Positions 9,049 to 19,152 of a stretch of 37,305 bases of DNA are shown here, piece after piece. The translations under genes were made by a program, and so were the position numbers. The notes beneath the pieces are model-generated. The model made no database searches and was not told the DNA's origin. It saw only the letters and a program-made list of their open reading frames with translations. Each line of letters opens with the position of its first letter. Within the stretch, counting starts at the first letter, position 1. Where the stretch lies: positions 1 through 37,305 of the forward strand of contig JBHLNT010000025.1 in NCBI GenBank assembly GCA_048941265.1, read 5' to 3'. This DNA comes from Promethearchaeota archaeon. GTDB lineage: Archaea; Asgardarchaeota; Lokiarchaeia; Sigyniarchaeales; SOKP01.

Positions 9049-9224
9049 TATTATAACAATTATTAACTTATTATTTATATATTCCGTCAACAATGTTCAG
9101 CATTATTGCTAACATTTAAATATTCAAGTGATTAATAATAACAATAATAACAATAAATTTAATAAAAATTCTAAAGATCGTATCAAAAAATTAATAAAAC
9201 TAATATAAATATGAGGATCGAATT

Positions 9225-11066
9225 ATGATAACAGATCGTATTTTATTAACAACCCCTTGCTACCCATATCCATCTCTCCCAGCCAATGATTCACTCACCG
9301 ATGCTACTGGGCAGCGTTTCACCCATGGAGATGATATTTTTACGATCGTGTCCCATACACACTGTTATGCTAATCACATTTTAGCACAAAACATTGACAT
9401 CCCAGCAACATTACTTGAATATCCAAGATGGGATAATTTTACTCAAGAAGTAGATAAAGGATATCAATATATTGGTATTAGCTCATTTCCTGTACATCTC
9501 GATATGGTCATGAAAATGAGTAAATATATTCGAAAAGTTTCTCCTGAAACAAAAATTCTTTTAGGTAGTTATGGAGCTCAAGCTTTTGCAGCTCAATATG
9601 ACGAAGAAACTAAGAAAAAATATATAGATCATGTAGTATTAGGTGAGGGTGTACAATTCCTCCGTGAACTGCTAGGTGAGGATACGAATCGATCGATAAC
9701 CCAAAAATTAATGCCTAAATGTGGAGGGGCTCCCGCTTTTATCAACAAATATCCAAGAGGGGGCATAGGATTTTTAGTTACAGGATTAGGGTGTCCAGGT
9801 GGCTGCGATTTTTGCTCAACTACGGAAATGTATGGAAAAAAACGAATTGAATTACTTTCACCTGATGATTTTGTTGACCATGTCGAACTCTATCGCAAAC
9901 ATTTTGACAGTTTATCGTCAGTTTTTGTAATAGAAGAGGATCATTTCCGACATCCCCGTTGGCTTGTAAGAACCAAAGAAAGATGGCAAAAGAATACTGA
10001 TCTCATCGAGAATGTGGATTGGACTGGATTTGGTTCAGTAGATTTTATTTGGCATTTTGCCAGCAATTATGGCTGGGATGCCATCCCCGAAACTGGGATG
10101 GGTGCTGTTTTCATAGGTGTTGAATCCAAATTTGCTGGAGAACATGGATATCGAAAAGTTCAGGAGGCTGATGCTCGAGAGGTTTTCAATAAACTTCATT
10201 CGATGGGCATTCGTACGCTTGGGGCGTGGATATGCGGATGGGATTATCACAATCATGCAAATATGTATGAAGATCTTAATTATTTTGTTGCTTGTAAACC
10301 TACTTACGAACAATTGACACGCTTATCACCTTTCCCTGGTACCGAATTATGGCGTAAACTTAAAGAAGAAGGAAGAGTAATGGATGTACCTTGGGAAGAT
10401 GTACATTTCTGGAGTGGAGCCCAGAAAAATATTGCCATGGAAACCCATGAAACACTGAATTTAACGGAATATGGATATGATCTGCTTTATAGAACTTGGG
10501 GACCTTCCATATTACGCAGATTAGAGGTTTCTCTTAATGGATATGATTTCTGTATGAATTCTGATAATCCGATGATGAATGAACACCGGTCAAAATTATT
10601 TAAACGTGCTTGTGCCAGCACATGGTTGACATTAGGAGCAATGGATCGCTTTGCACCTAATGGTGTGGTGAGGAGAAGGGTGTTTAAAGCTGATGAAAGG
10701 TTCAGAGAGCTTCTCGGAGAACCCACAAAAACGATGGAAGTAATAAGTAAAGGTATTGAAAAGCGTGCATTAAAATTCAAGATGAAGCATATGTTTGACC
10801 CGTGGAATCGAAAACCCAGGGAAGAACCGGCCAAAATCTATCTTTATAATAAAGATAAATCCATTAAAGATGATGATATCCCTTATATTACTAAATATCC
10901 AAATAAAATTCCTAGAAAGATAAGAAGAGAGATGAGGATGAATAATTTTAAATTAAACCTCATAAATAGATTCTTGAGAAGAATGGTCAGAAATAAATCC
11001 GAAAATAGCGATTTAGATGATTTAATGTTGGATTACATGGAGAAAAGAAGCTACGGCGGCTTCTAA
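9225..11066 (+). CDS. Radical SAM protein with probable N-terminal cobalamin-binding domain
   Basis: CPGGCDFC (CxxxCxxC). N-terminal IGISS...ILLGSYGA...DHVVLGEG fits a B12-binding fold. IGVES and PFPGTELW core motifs are present. Confidence 0.85.
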   Translation: MITDRILLTTPCYPYPSLPANDSLTDATGQRFTHGDDIFTIVSHTHCYANHILAQNIDIPATLLEYPRWDNFTQEVDKGYQYIGISSFPVHLDMVMKMSKYIRKVSPETKILLGSYGAQAFAAQYDEETKKKYIDHVVLGEGVQFLRELLGEDTNRSITQKLMPKCGGAPAFINKYPRGGIGFLVTGLGCPGGCDFCSTTEMYGKKRIELLSPDDFVDHVELYRKHFDSLSSVFVIEEDHFRHPRWLVRTKERWQKNTDLIENVDWTGFGSVDFIWHFASNYGWDAIPETGMGAVFIGVESKFAGEHGYRKVQEADAREVFNKLHSMGIRTLGAWICGWDYHNHANMYEDLNYFVACKPTYEQLTRLSPFPGTELWRKLKEEGRVMDVPWEDVHFWSGAQKNIAMETHETLNLTEYGYDLLYRTWGPSILRRLEVSLNGYDFCMNSDNPMMNEHRSKLFKRACASTWLTLGAMDRFAPNGVVRRRVFKADERFRELLGEPTKTMEVISKGIEKRALKFKMKHMFDPWNRKPREEPAKIYLYNKDKSIKDDDIPYITKYPNKIPRKIRREMRMNNFKLNLINRFLRRMVRNKSENSDLDDLMLDYMEKRSYGGF

Positions 11067-11095
11067 TATTCTCAAAAGAATTAAAAGAATATTAA

Positions 11096-12187
11096 GTGTT
11101 GAATGTGAGTGAAAAATCACCCATCCCAAGTAATAGCCCAATTACTAGTGTTCCATCTGATTATTATCCTGAAGGATGCGGATTCTGGTATGAATTAAAA
11201 GAAGGTATGGATGCTGGAAAGAAACTATTTTATAGAGATAGTAATCATGGGACAGGAACTCCAGAAAATACTATAGTGTTTATTCATGGAAATCCCGAAT
11301 CTTCTTATACGTATAGAGAAGTTATAAAAGATTTAATAAATTCTGCTAAGAAACCCATCAGGATTGTTGCAATGGATCATATCGGATTTGGCCTGTCTGA
11401 TCAAGCAACATTTGAAATGGTATGTATGGATCATGCCGAAAACCTTCTAGAGCTGATTAAACACCTTGATTTAAAAAATGTAACTCTGATAATACACGAT
11501 TGGGGAGGCCCAATTGGTATTGGAGCATTTTTAAAAGATCCAGAGAGAGTATCAAACCTAGTTATATTGAATACTACTGTCTTCCCCTTTCCTGAAACTG
11601 GAATACGATATGACAAAGACTACCCTTTAAAACAATTTACATGGGCAAGTACCCCAAAGATAATCCCAAATAATTTATGGGGCGCTTTTGCTTCTTTTGC
11701 AATCTTTTTTAATCCTGAGGACCCCCAAGAATTAGCTGCGAATATTCCCACTATGCTTCAAACTGCAAGAGACACTGGAAGATTTGTAGAAGATGAAACC
11801 ATCGCTCAAAAATTATTTAGAGAGCAATTTTCTTCTGAAAAAAATGTGATGAGTTCAAAACGACTAGTACTTCAAACGCCTACATGGGGTCATGGGAATA
11901 CTTATAAAGAACCTGAACTTGGCGAACGAGACACAACTGCTTTTTATCGATTTATTCAGGATAATATTAGTAAATATTGGGGACCTGATGGTCAAAATAT
12001 TGGTGTTCGTGCAGTATTAGGAAAGTGGGATCCATCAGCAAAAGACGAAGTGACGCAACAATGGGTTGAAAATCTTCCCCAACTTAAAGGCTATATTAAA
12101 GAATTTGAAAACGCAAGTCATTTTATAGAAGAAATCGAACCCGAAGCCATTGCCGATGCTATAATCGATGTGGCTGGTTTAAAATAA
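11096..12187 (+). CDS. Alpha/beta-hydrolase, haloalkane dehalogenase / OleB-like
   Basis: HGNP oxyanion motif, DHIGFGLSD, HDWGGPIG (Asp nucleophile), C-terminal SHF catalytic His. The start codon is uncertain (GTG 11096 or slightly downstream). Confidence 0.85.
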   Translation: MLNVSEKSPIPSNSPITSVPSDYYPEGCGFWYELKEGMDAGKKLFYRDSNHGTGTPENTIVFIHGNPESSYTYREVIKDLINSAKKPIRIVAMDHIGFGLSDQATFEMVCMDHAENLLELIKHLDLKNVTLIIHDWGGPIGIGAFLKDPERVSNLVILNTTVFPFPETGIRYDKDYPLKQFTWASTPKIIPNNLWGAFASFAIFFNPEDPQELAANIPTMLQTARDTGRFVEDETIAQKLFREQFSSEKNVMSSKRLVLQTPTWGHGNTYKEPELGERDTTAFYRFIQDNISKYWGPDGQNIGVRAVLGKWDPSAKDEVTQQWVENLPQLKGYIKEFENASHFIEEIEPEAIADAIIDVAGLK

Positions 12188-12360
12188 ATCATTATCTTTT
12201 TTATTTTTACTAATTTTAGCATGGTATTATTTGTAAAAATCCTACTTTAAGTCCTTAGACTATAATTAATATGTATTTAGTAGAAGGAATTTATTGATTG
12301 AAAGAATTTAATATCTTATAATATTATAAATTTTATTCGAGATTAGCAATTTGAAGGAAA

Positions 12361-13860
12361 ATGGCTTATAAAACCCCTATAAAGATTAATGAAGCATTGA
12401 ACAAGGGAGAAATTAATAAGGATATGGCTGCGGATCTATTAATTTACTTAATAGAAAATGCCGACATGGTAGGAACCCGGATCGAGAGTATTAAGACTCT
12501 GCAAAAAATTGGAAATAAGAATGAGAAAGTTTTTTCAATCCTAGAAAATTTGATGATTTCTGATTCTTATGAAGAGATAAGGACATTAGCCGCCATTACT
12601 TTAAAGTTTTTATTCCAAGAAAAGGCATTATCACCCTTGAAATGGGCCTTAGATCATGAAAAATCCTGGCAATTTCTTTTAGATATCGTCTCATACATAA
12701 GTGAAATTAGCACTGACCGTGCTAAGTCAATATTAATCGAAAAAATAAAAACTATTGAAAATTATCAATTTAATAAAAGTCTTTCTCCGTTTTTTAAAAC
12801 CAAGGAAATTTATAATTTAGACTCCAAAATATTGGGAGATATTGTTAATAACTATATTATTATTCAATATTTTCAAGACGCATTAAAAGAATTTAATTAT
12901 CAGATAGAAAACGGTTTAGTCACCGAGTTAAATCTGTCTTTTGCCAGTGAAAAATACTTTGGTTGGAAGGTATTAAAATATCTCCCTTCTTTCCTCGGAT
13001 TTTTTAATAAAATTAGAAAATTAGAATTAAAAAGCAATCAAATAGGTAGATTCCCAAACTCAATTTCCTCTATTAAGTCACTTATTTATTTAGATTTAAG
13101 CCATAATAATATAAATACATTACCTGAGGGTATACAATACCTTAAAAATCTGGAATACCTGAATATAAGATATAATAACTTAACGGAGATTCCCAATTCA
13201 ATTGATTCACTAACTAATTTAAAGGTTTTAGATTTAAAACATAACAAATTATCGACACTCCCTACTACAATTGGCCATTTAACTTCGCTTGAGGTTTTAA
13301 ATTTACACGGGAATCAATTTAATATGCTACCTAAAGCATTAGAAAATCTTTCCTCACTTAAGACACTAAAAATAGGGCTTAATAATGTAAAATCCATCCC
13401 TGAATGGATAAAGAATCTAATATCCCTTAGAAAATTAGGATTGGGGGGAAATAAATCTTTGTATAACTTTCAAGAATGGATTGACTTTTTACCACCATTA
13501 GAAGAAATAAACCTTTATGATTGTGATATTAAAAAATTACCTGATTCAATTGGAGCACTAAATACCTTAGAAGTATTAAAACTCCCAAATAATCAGCTAA
13601 ATGAATTACCTGATTCATTTATGAAATTGGCCAAGCTTAAAACACTTGATTTAAGTTGGAATGATATTACGGAACTTCCTGAATGGATTAGTTCTCTCTC
13701 ATCCTTGGAAGAACTTAATTTACGAGGTAATAAACTTGAGACTCTTCCTGAAACCATAAGCTCTCTCTCATCTCTTAAAAGATTAAATATTACTTTAAAC
13801 AAAAATATTATACAACTTCCAAGAGGATTACCTAAAAAAGGCTTACAGATCGTAAAATAA
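12361..13860 (+). CDS. Leucine-rich repeat protein with N-terminal HEAT-like region
   Basis: About 12 tandem ~23-aa LxxLxLxxNxLxxLPxxI repeats. The N-terminal LENLMISDSYEEIRTLAA...LKWAL segment is HEAT-like. Confidence 0.92.
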   Translation: MAYKTPIKINEALNKGEINKDMAADLLIYLIENADMVGTRIESIKTLQKIGNKNEKVFSILENLMISDSYEEIRTLAAITLKFLFQEKALSPLKWALDHEKSWQFLLDIVSYISEISTDRAKSILIEKIKTIENYQFNKSLSPFFKTKEIYNLDSKILGDIVNNYIIIQYFQDALKEFNYQIENGLVTELNLSFASEKYFGWKVLKYLPSFLGFFNKIRKLELKSNQIGRFPNSISSIKSLIYLDLSHNNINTLPEGIQYLKNLEYLNIRYNNLTEIPNSIDSLTNLKVLDLKHNKLSTLPTTIGHLTSLEVLNLHGNQFNMLPKALENLSSLKTLKIGLNNVKSIPEWIKNLISLRKLGLGGNKSLYNFQEWIDFLPPLEEINLYDCDIKKLPDSIGALNTLEVLKLPNNQLNELPDSFMKLAKLKTLDLSWNDITELPEWISSLSSLEELNLRGNKLETLPETISSLSSLKRLNITLNKNIIQLPRGLPKKGLQIVK

Positions 13861-13956
13861 ATATTAGGAAAGCTCAAGAGTATAATTTTGGGAAAGAAGG
13901 GATTCAAATCAAAATGGAAAAAAAATTATAATATTTAAAAAAATAAAGAAATTATT

Positions 13957-14706
13957 TTATATACCTAAGACTCCTTTCATGCTTTCAAGAATACTATCTA
14001 TCTCTGTTCTAAATTTTGTTAAACGATCAAAATATAGATTACTTACTTGAAGCAATTGCTTAACAACGAAATCAGGAGATTTTGTTATTTGTTTTGCCAT
14101 AGTAAGGGCTTCATTTAAAACTTCTCCGGGTTCTACGATTTTATTTACGATATTTAATCGGTGTGCCTCTTCGGCCGTGATAAAAGTCTCTCTTGTGCCA
14201 GTATTCAGAGTAAGCTCGAGTGCTTTCCCCCTACCTGCGAGCGCCATATAAGGGAAAAAAAGAGGACACGCCCCAAAAGCAATCTCAGGATGCCCAAACT
14301 TCGCATTTTTAGCAGCGATACGGAGATGACATAACACAGCAAGATCAAATCCTCCCGCTAAAGCATAACCGTTAATAGCCGCAATCATCAATTTCGGAAA
14401 TTCGATAAGGGTTTTATGAAAAAGATCATTAGATTCCACAAATTCATTATAATCTGTTTTTCCCTGTACTACTGCTTGAACTTCATCCCTATCAAATCCT
14501 GCAGTAAATATTTCCTCACCTCCATAAAAAATTACCGCCTTTATCCGATTATCCGATTTTAGATTTCCTAATGCTTTAATTATTTCTGATCTCATGCCTG
14601 AGCTCAAAGGATTCTTCTTTTCCGGACGGTTAAACTGAAGTATACAAATCTTTCCCTTTTTCTCTAATTTTATAAAATTATAAGTTTCTTCAGACAATTT
14701 TACCAC
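13957..14706 (-). CDS. Enoyl-CoA hydratase/isomerase (crotonase) family protein
   Basis: NRPEKKNPL, FTAGFD, PKLMIAAINGYALAGG and FGHPEI motifs. Confidence 0.9.
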   Translation of the reverse strand: MVKLSEETYNFIKLEKKGKICILQFNRPEKKNPLSSGMRSEIIKALGNLKSDNRIKAVIFYGGEEIFTAGFDRDEVQAVVQGKTDYNEFVESNDLFHKTLIEFPKLMIAAINGYALAGGFDLAVLCHLRIAAKNAKFGHPEIAFGACPLFFPYMALAGRGKALELTLNTGTRETFITAEEAHRLNIVNKIVEPGEVLNEALTMAKQITKSPDFVVKQLLQVSNLYFDRLTKFRTEIDSILESMKGVLGI

Positions 14707-14730
14707 CTTATTTTTTTTATTCTAATAGGT

Positions 14731-15207
14731 TCATACAGGGCGTAGATCAACATCCACTGCGATTTTACATTTATTACATCTTTTTGCTCCTCGAAATAGG
14801 GGATTATTGCATTCTGGGCATCGGTAACGTTTCTCTTCTTCTTCAATCCACTTCTTTGTCCCTTTTTCCCTCCAAGTTGGAATGGCTCGCAATATTACTT
14901 TTTTACCTACAGGGATTGGAAAATTCTCAATGAATTTACAAGGGAAATCATTACATTGATGGCAACCCTCTATTTCCTTATCTTTTACACATGATCTTAT
15001 GGGACATCTTTGGCAAAATGAGAATAGAATACCATCTGACATGCATCCCGTACAAGCGATCTCATCAATGCTTTTTACAAATGATTTATAGAGATTTGCC
15101 AAGCTTTCTTTAAATTTAAGATTATTATCTCGATCTGCAATATAAATGGAGCAAACTCCACAATAAAGCCCACAAGGAGCTAAAAGCTCTTTTTTAATTT
15201 CATTCAT
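14731..15207 (-). CDS. DUF3795-like Cys-rich protein with C-terminal zinc ribbon
   Basis: APCGLYCGVC, CTGC, C..C.IRSC, CHQCNDFPC, plus CPEC...CNKC. Confidence 0.8.
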   Translation of the reverse strand: MNEIKKELLAPCGLYCGVCSIYIADRDNNLKFKESLANLYKSFVKSIDEIACTGCMSDGILFSFCQRCPIRSCVKDKEIEGCHQCNDFPCKFIENFPIPVGKKVILRAIPTWREKGTKKWIEEEEKRYRCPECNNPLFRGAKRCNKCKIAVDVDLRPV

Positions 15208-15278
15208 TTTTTTTCACTTTATTAGATACAATTTGGATTCTATTTTTACAATTTTATATTAATTAATTAAAAGTTTCT

Positions 15279-15629
15279 TTAAATCTTGCTCTTAATCTCA
15301 TCAAGCGTATCTTTACCAGAAAATTCAGGAGGAAGCATCCTAAAAAGGTTATTCAATTTATCACATGCATAATCTCCACAATGGGCACAATTTTCAAGAT
15401 TTTTCCGTTCAGCACATTTCTTTATACTACAGACCTTACAATAAAATCCTAGTTTCCCGCCTCCCCTACAACCATCGCAATTAATATCCTCAAGCTTCAA
15501 ATCAACTTTAAATTGATTTTTCCATAAATCTTGGACTTGTTTCCTCATCGAATCATCGTCTTTTTGGGTTGCCAAATAACTAGGGCACCCAGAACAATTA
15601 ATTCCACAATATGCTATCATTTTTTCCAT
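15279..15629 (-). CDS. DUF3795-like Cys-rich protein
   Basis: AYCGINCSGC, CDGC, CKVCSIKKC, CAHCGDYAC. Confidence 0.8.
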   Translation of the reverse strand: MEKMIAYCGINCSGCPSYLATQKDDDSMRKQVQDLWKNQFKVDLKLEDINCDGCRGGGKLGFYCKVCSIKKCAERKNLENCAHCGDYACDKLNNLFRMLPPEFSGKDTLDEIKSKI

Positions 15630-15870
15630 TTTAATATACCATTTTTTATAATATGGATGGATTTAAAATCTATTTTCGCAATCTTACTTTTTTTAGACTC
15701 TTTTTTATTGATTTCAAAAAAAAAAACCGTAATTTTCTTTTGATATAATGTAAATTGAAACATTCTTATATAAAACTTACCTTTTTGCACTATTTTACTA
15801 TAAACTTTAAAAAGAATTATAGATTACTATAGTTTAAATTGAAAAATTTGTTTAATCAACTTCAAATAAT

Positions 15871-16644
15871 GTGACAAAAATGGATAATTCTCAAGATAGA
15901 CTCACAGAAATTAGTGAACAGTTGAAAGCGATTGATAGTAAAGTTAATATACTTCAAGATATGTTATATGGAATGAAAAATGAACTCAATCTAATAAAAA
16001 AAAGCCGAATTCAAGAAAATTATTTTTCTCATATGCCAAAAATCGCAGAAGATTTAGAAAAATTCTTGGATAATAGACCGGGAGACTGTAATATTCTTGA
16101 TTACTGTACTACATTAACAGAAAAAGGGATTTTTAGAGTAATAAGAACCCTTTTAGAAAAAGGGGAAGAAGAGGCAATTATAAAGATTGATAAATACCTT
16201 AAATTCTCAGAATCAGATCCTGCTTCAAAAGCTTGTCCCGATAGAACATGTTTAATAAATGCAATGGAGCCATTTAGGTTACTCAAAGAGTTAATAATTG
16301 ATTCTAAAGAGTTATCTTCGAGATATTTTGAAGAGCTAACATTATTGGAGGAAGAACCTGAGTTGGAAGAAGTTAACAAGGAACTTATAAATAATATGTT
16401 AACACCGCTTTCTAATGTCATACGATTGCAAATTCTGAAGTATTTAAGCAAAGGAGGGAAATATTATACTCAATTAGAAGAGTTAACTGGTATCAAAGCG
16501 GGACATTTGTTATTCCATATTGAAAAACTTATGGGCGCAAAATTTGTTATCCAAGAAAATAAGAAATACTTAATTACAATGAAAGGAAGAAAGGCATTGA
16601 GCCTGATTTCTGGACTGAAAAAAGAATTATCCTTGAAAAGTTAA
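15871..16644 (+). CDS. ArsR-like winged-helix regulator with N-terminal coiled-coil/Cys-containing domain
   Basis: C-terminal PLSNVIRLQILKYL...YTQLEELTGIKAGHLLFHIEKL...YLITMKG. The start may be ATG 15880. Confidence 0.8.
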   Translation: MTKMDNSQDRLTEISEQLKAIDSKVNILQDMLYGMKNELNLIKKSRIQENYFSHMPKIAEDLEKFLDNRPGDCNILDYCTTLTEKGIFRVIRTLLEKGEEEAIIKIDKYLKFSESDPASKACPDRTCLINAMEPFRLLKELIIDSKELSSRYFEELTLLEEEPELEEVNKELINNMLTPLSNVIRLQILKYLSKGGKYYTQLEELTGIKAGHLLFHIEKLMGAKFVIQENKKYLITMKGRKALSLISGLKKELSLKS

Positions 16645-16690
16645 ACAAATTCTTATTTTAAACGAAAATTAAAATTATAGTCGAAGAAAT

Positions 16691-17797
16691 ATGATTGAAA
16701 AAGATTTGGAAATCTATAGAGAGCTTCAAGAGCATCTCGATGGTATGCCAGTAGGTTTTCCTGCTACTGAATCGGGCATAGAAATAAAGATATTAAAAGA
16801 TCTTTTTACTCCCGAAGAGGCTGAAATTGCTGTAAAATTAAATTATATGCCAGATCCCCTTAAAAAAATTTTCCGCAGAATAAAAAAGAGCGGAATAGCA
16901 ATGGATAATCTCGAAAAAAAGCTAGATGAGATGTATCAAAAGGGGCTTATCAATTATGGGAAAAGTGGAGATGATAAATATTATGCTGCCGCACCTTTAG
17001 TAATTGGAATGTTTGAATACCAGCTAAATCGTCTTACCAAAGAATTTATACTTGATTTTCAGCAATATTGTGAGGAGGTGTTCTGGGAAAAAGAATTTAA
17101 TCGAACTAAAATCCCTCAGTTGAGGACAATTCCTATTGAGCAGAGCATTACACCTGAGCAAAACATTTCTACATATGACGATTTAAAAACTATGATCGAA
17201 AACATTGGTGAACCGATCGGGATCCACGAATGTATATGTCGACAAGCAAAAGATCTACTTGGAGACCCTTGCAAAAAAACAGATATGCGTGATATATGCT
17301 TTTCGTTCAGAACGGCGGCTTTAATATATAATGAAAAAGGGCTTAACCGTCTAATATCTAAAGAAGAAGCGCTTGAAATTTTAAAAAAAGTTGAGGACGC
17401 AGGGCTTGTTATCCAGCCAGGTAATTCTCAACAACCTATGTGCATCTGCTGCTGTTGTGGATGTTGCTGTGAAGTGTTGAACAATCAAAAAAGGTTTGAA
17501 GCTCCAGCTCAGTTTTTCGCAACCAATTATTATGCTGATGTTGACGCTGACTTATGCGTGGGATGTGGTGTTTGTGAAGACCGCTGCAATATGGATGCTA
17601 TAGAAGTTATCGATGATAAATCTGAAGTTAATCTGGATCGGTGTATCGGTTGTGGAGTGTGTGTTCCGACATGTCCACAGGATGCGATTTCTTTAAAGAA
17701 AAAAAAGGAAGAAATCGTTCCTCCCATAAATACAGCTGCCACCTACAAAGCAATCATGGATAAAAAAGCGGAGCTTGCAAGGTTAGAAAAATCTTAG
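16691..17797 (+). CDS. Multi-cluster Fe-S protein with C-terminal 2x[4Fe-4S] ferredoxin domain
   Basis: LFTPEEA, GMFE, CICR, CICCCCGCCC, CVGCGVCEDRC and CIGCGVCVPTCP. Confidence 0.88.
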   Translation: MIEKDLEIYRELQEHLDGMPVGFPATESGIEIKILKDLFTPEEAEIAVKLNYMPDPLKKIFRRIKKSGIAMDNLEKKLDEMYQKGLINYGKSGDDKYYAAAPLVIGMFEYQLNRLTKEFILDFQQYCEEVFWEKEFNRTKIPQLRTIPIEQSITPEQNISTYDDLKTMIENIGEPIGIHECICRQAKDLLGDPCKKTDMRDICFSFRTAALIYNEKGLNRLISKEEALEILKKVEDAGLVIQPGNSQQPMCICCCCGCCCEVLNNQKRFEAPAQFFATNYYADVDADLCVGCGVCEDRCNMDAIEVIDDKSEVNLDRCIGCGVCVPTCPQDAISLKKKKEEIVPPINTAATYKAIMDKKAELARLEKS

Positions 17798-17827
17798 ATA
17801 AAAATTAAGTATAAGAGGACTAAAAAA

Positions 17828-18979
17828 ATGGTAGATAAATATGAGAAAATTGCCCAGAAAATGGGTTCTACATGGTCTCCTGAAATTGAGAAAATTCTTA
17901 AGGCTTTATTCACTCCTGAGGAGGCTGATATAATGTTGGTATTCAACGGTCCGTTTATGGATCGGTTTACCGCAGCAAAAATCGCAAGGAAAGTTAAGCG
18001 CCCCGTTGAGGAAATTGAGCCAATTCTGTTGGAAATGACACGGACCCAGCGTGTATTCTCAGCAGTGAAGAATGGAATAAGAACTTATTCCATGTTTCCA
18101 TTACTCCCTGGATTGTTTGAATTGTTTTTTTCAAATCATGAGAGGGCAGCTGCAGAGGAAAAGGATACCTTAATGCTTTTCACTGAGCAATATGAAAAGT
18201 ATTACAATAAGGGTTATATTGTAAATACTTTTAAGTCGATGTATCCTTTCATGAGAGTTTTTGTCGATCAAAAAGTTATAGATGATACAATAGATCGAGG
18301 AAAAGGAAAAATCGTGGATGTTGGACAGGAAGTTGAGCAAGTTAAAAATGATATACTCCCTTTCGAACAGGCTAAAGCTATTATAGAAAAATCACATAAG
18401 ATCTCTGTGATGGATTGTGCTTGCCGTACCCATATGAAAATACATAATGATGGAAAACCTGTCAATGAGTATCCGATTAATGTGTGTATGGCCTTCAATA
18501 CCACGGCTGAATATTGTATTGAACAAGGATTTGGAAGAGAATTATCAAAAGAAGAAGGTCTTAAAACACTTTCGGCAGCAGCTAAGGCGGGATTAGTTCA
18601 TACGACACAAAATATTACTGATAAATCTATGTTCATATGTAATTGCGATCGCGATTGTTGCGTGATGTTGCGAGGTATTAAATTATTTAATAATCCGTAC
18701 GTCGTGGCTAGTTCAAATTTTATTCCTGAATATGATAGAGAGAACTGTGTTTTTTGTAAACAATGTACAAAACTCTGTCCCATGTATACTATTGAACTTG
18801 TTGATGAAGATTCAGATGATAAACGAATTGTTATTAATTATGATAAATGTATAGGGTGCGGAGTTTGTGCGTTTAACTGTGCAAAAGGAGCTTTAACGAT
18901 GGTGAAAAAGTTTTCAAAGATTCCTGCAGCAGATTCTATGGAGGCCGCAAAAAGATATATGGAAGGAAGAATTCAATAA
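17828..18979 (+). CDS. Multi-cluster Fe-S protein with C-terminal 2x[4Fe-4S] ferredoxin domain (paralogue of the preceding gene)
   Basis: LFTPEEA, GLFE, CACR, ICNCDRDCC, CVFCKQCTKLCP and CIGCGVCAFNC. Confidence 0.88.
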   Translation: MVDKYEKIAQKMGSTWSPEIEKILKALFTPEEADIMLVFNGPFMDRFTAAKIARKVKRPVEEIEPILLEMTRTQRVFSAVKNGIRTYSMFPLLPGLFELFFSNHERAAAEEKDTLMLFTEQYEKYYNKGYIVNTFKSMYPFMRVFVDQKVIDDTIDRGKGKIVDVGQEVEQVKNDILPFEQAKAIIEKSHKISVMDCACRTHMKIHNDGKPVNEYPINVCMAFNTTAEYCIEQGFGRELSKEEGLKTLSAAAKAGLVHTTQNITDKSMFICNCDRDCCVMLRGIKLFNNPYVVASSNFIPEYDRENCVFCKQCTKLCPMYTIELVDEDSDDKRIVINYDKCIGCGVCAFNCAKGALTMVKKFSKIPAADSMEAAKRYMEGRIQ

Positions 18980-19152
18980 AATTGAAAAATATAAGACACG
19001 TAAATAAGAAAGATCTAATTTGAATTAAATAATAAATTTCATTTTCTTAATCTTTTTTTTAATGCTATTATATTTAATCTAAAACCAAATCCTTTTAGAA
19101 TTAAAAACGTCTTTAATTAAATAATTCAAATTTGTAATATAGTTGGATTTAG

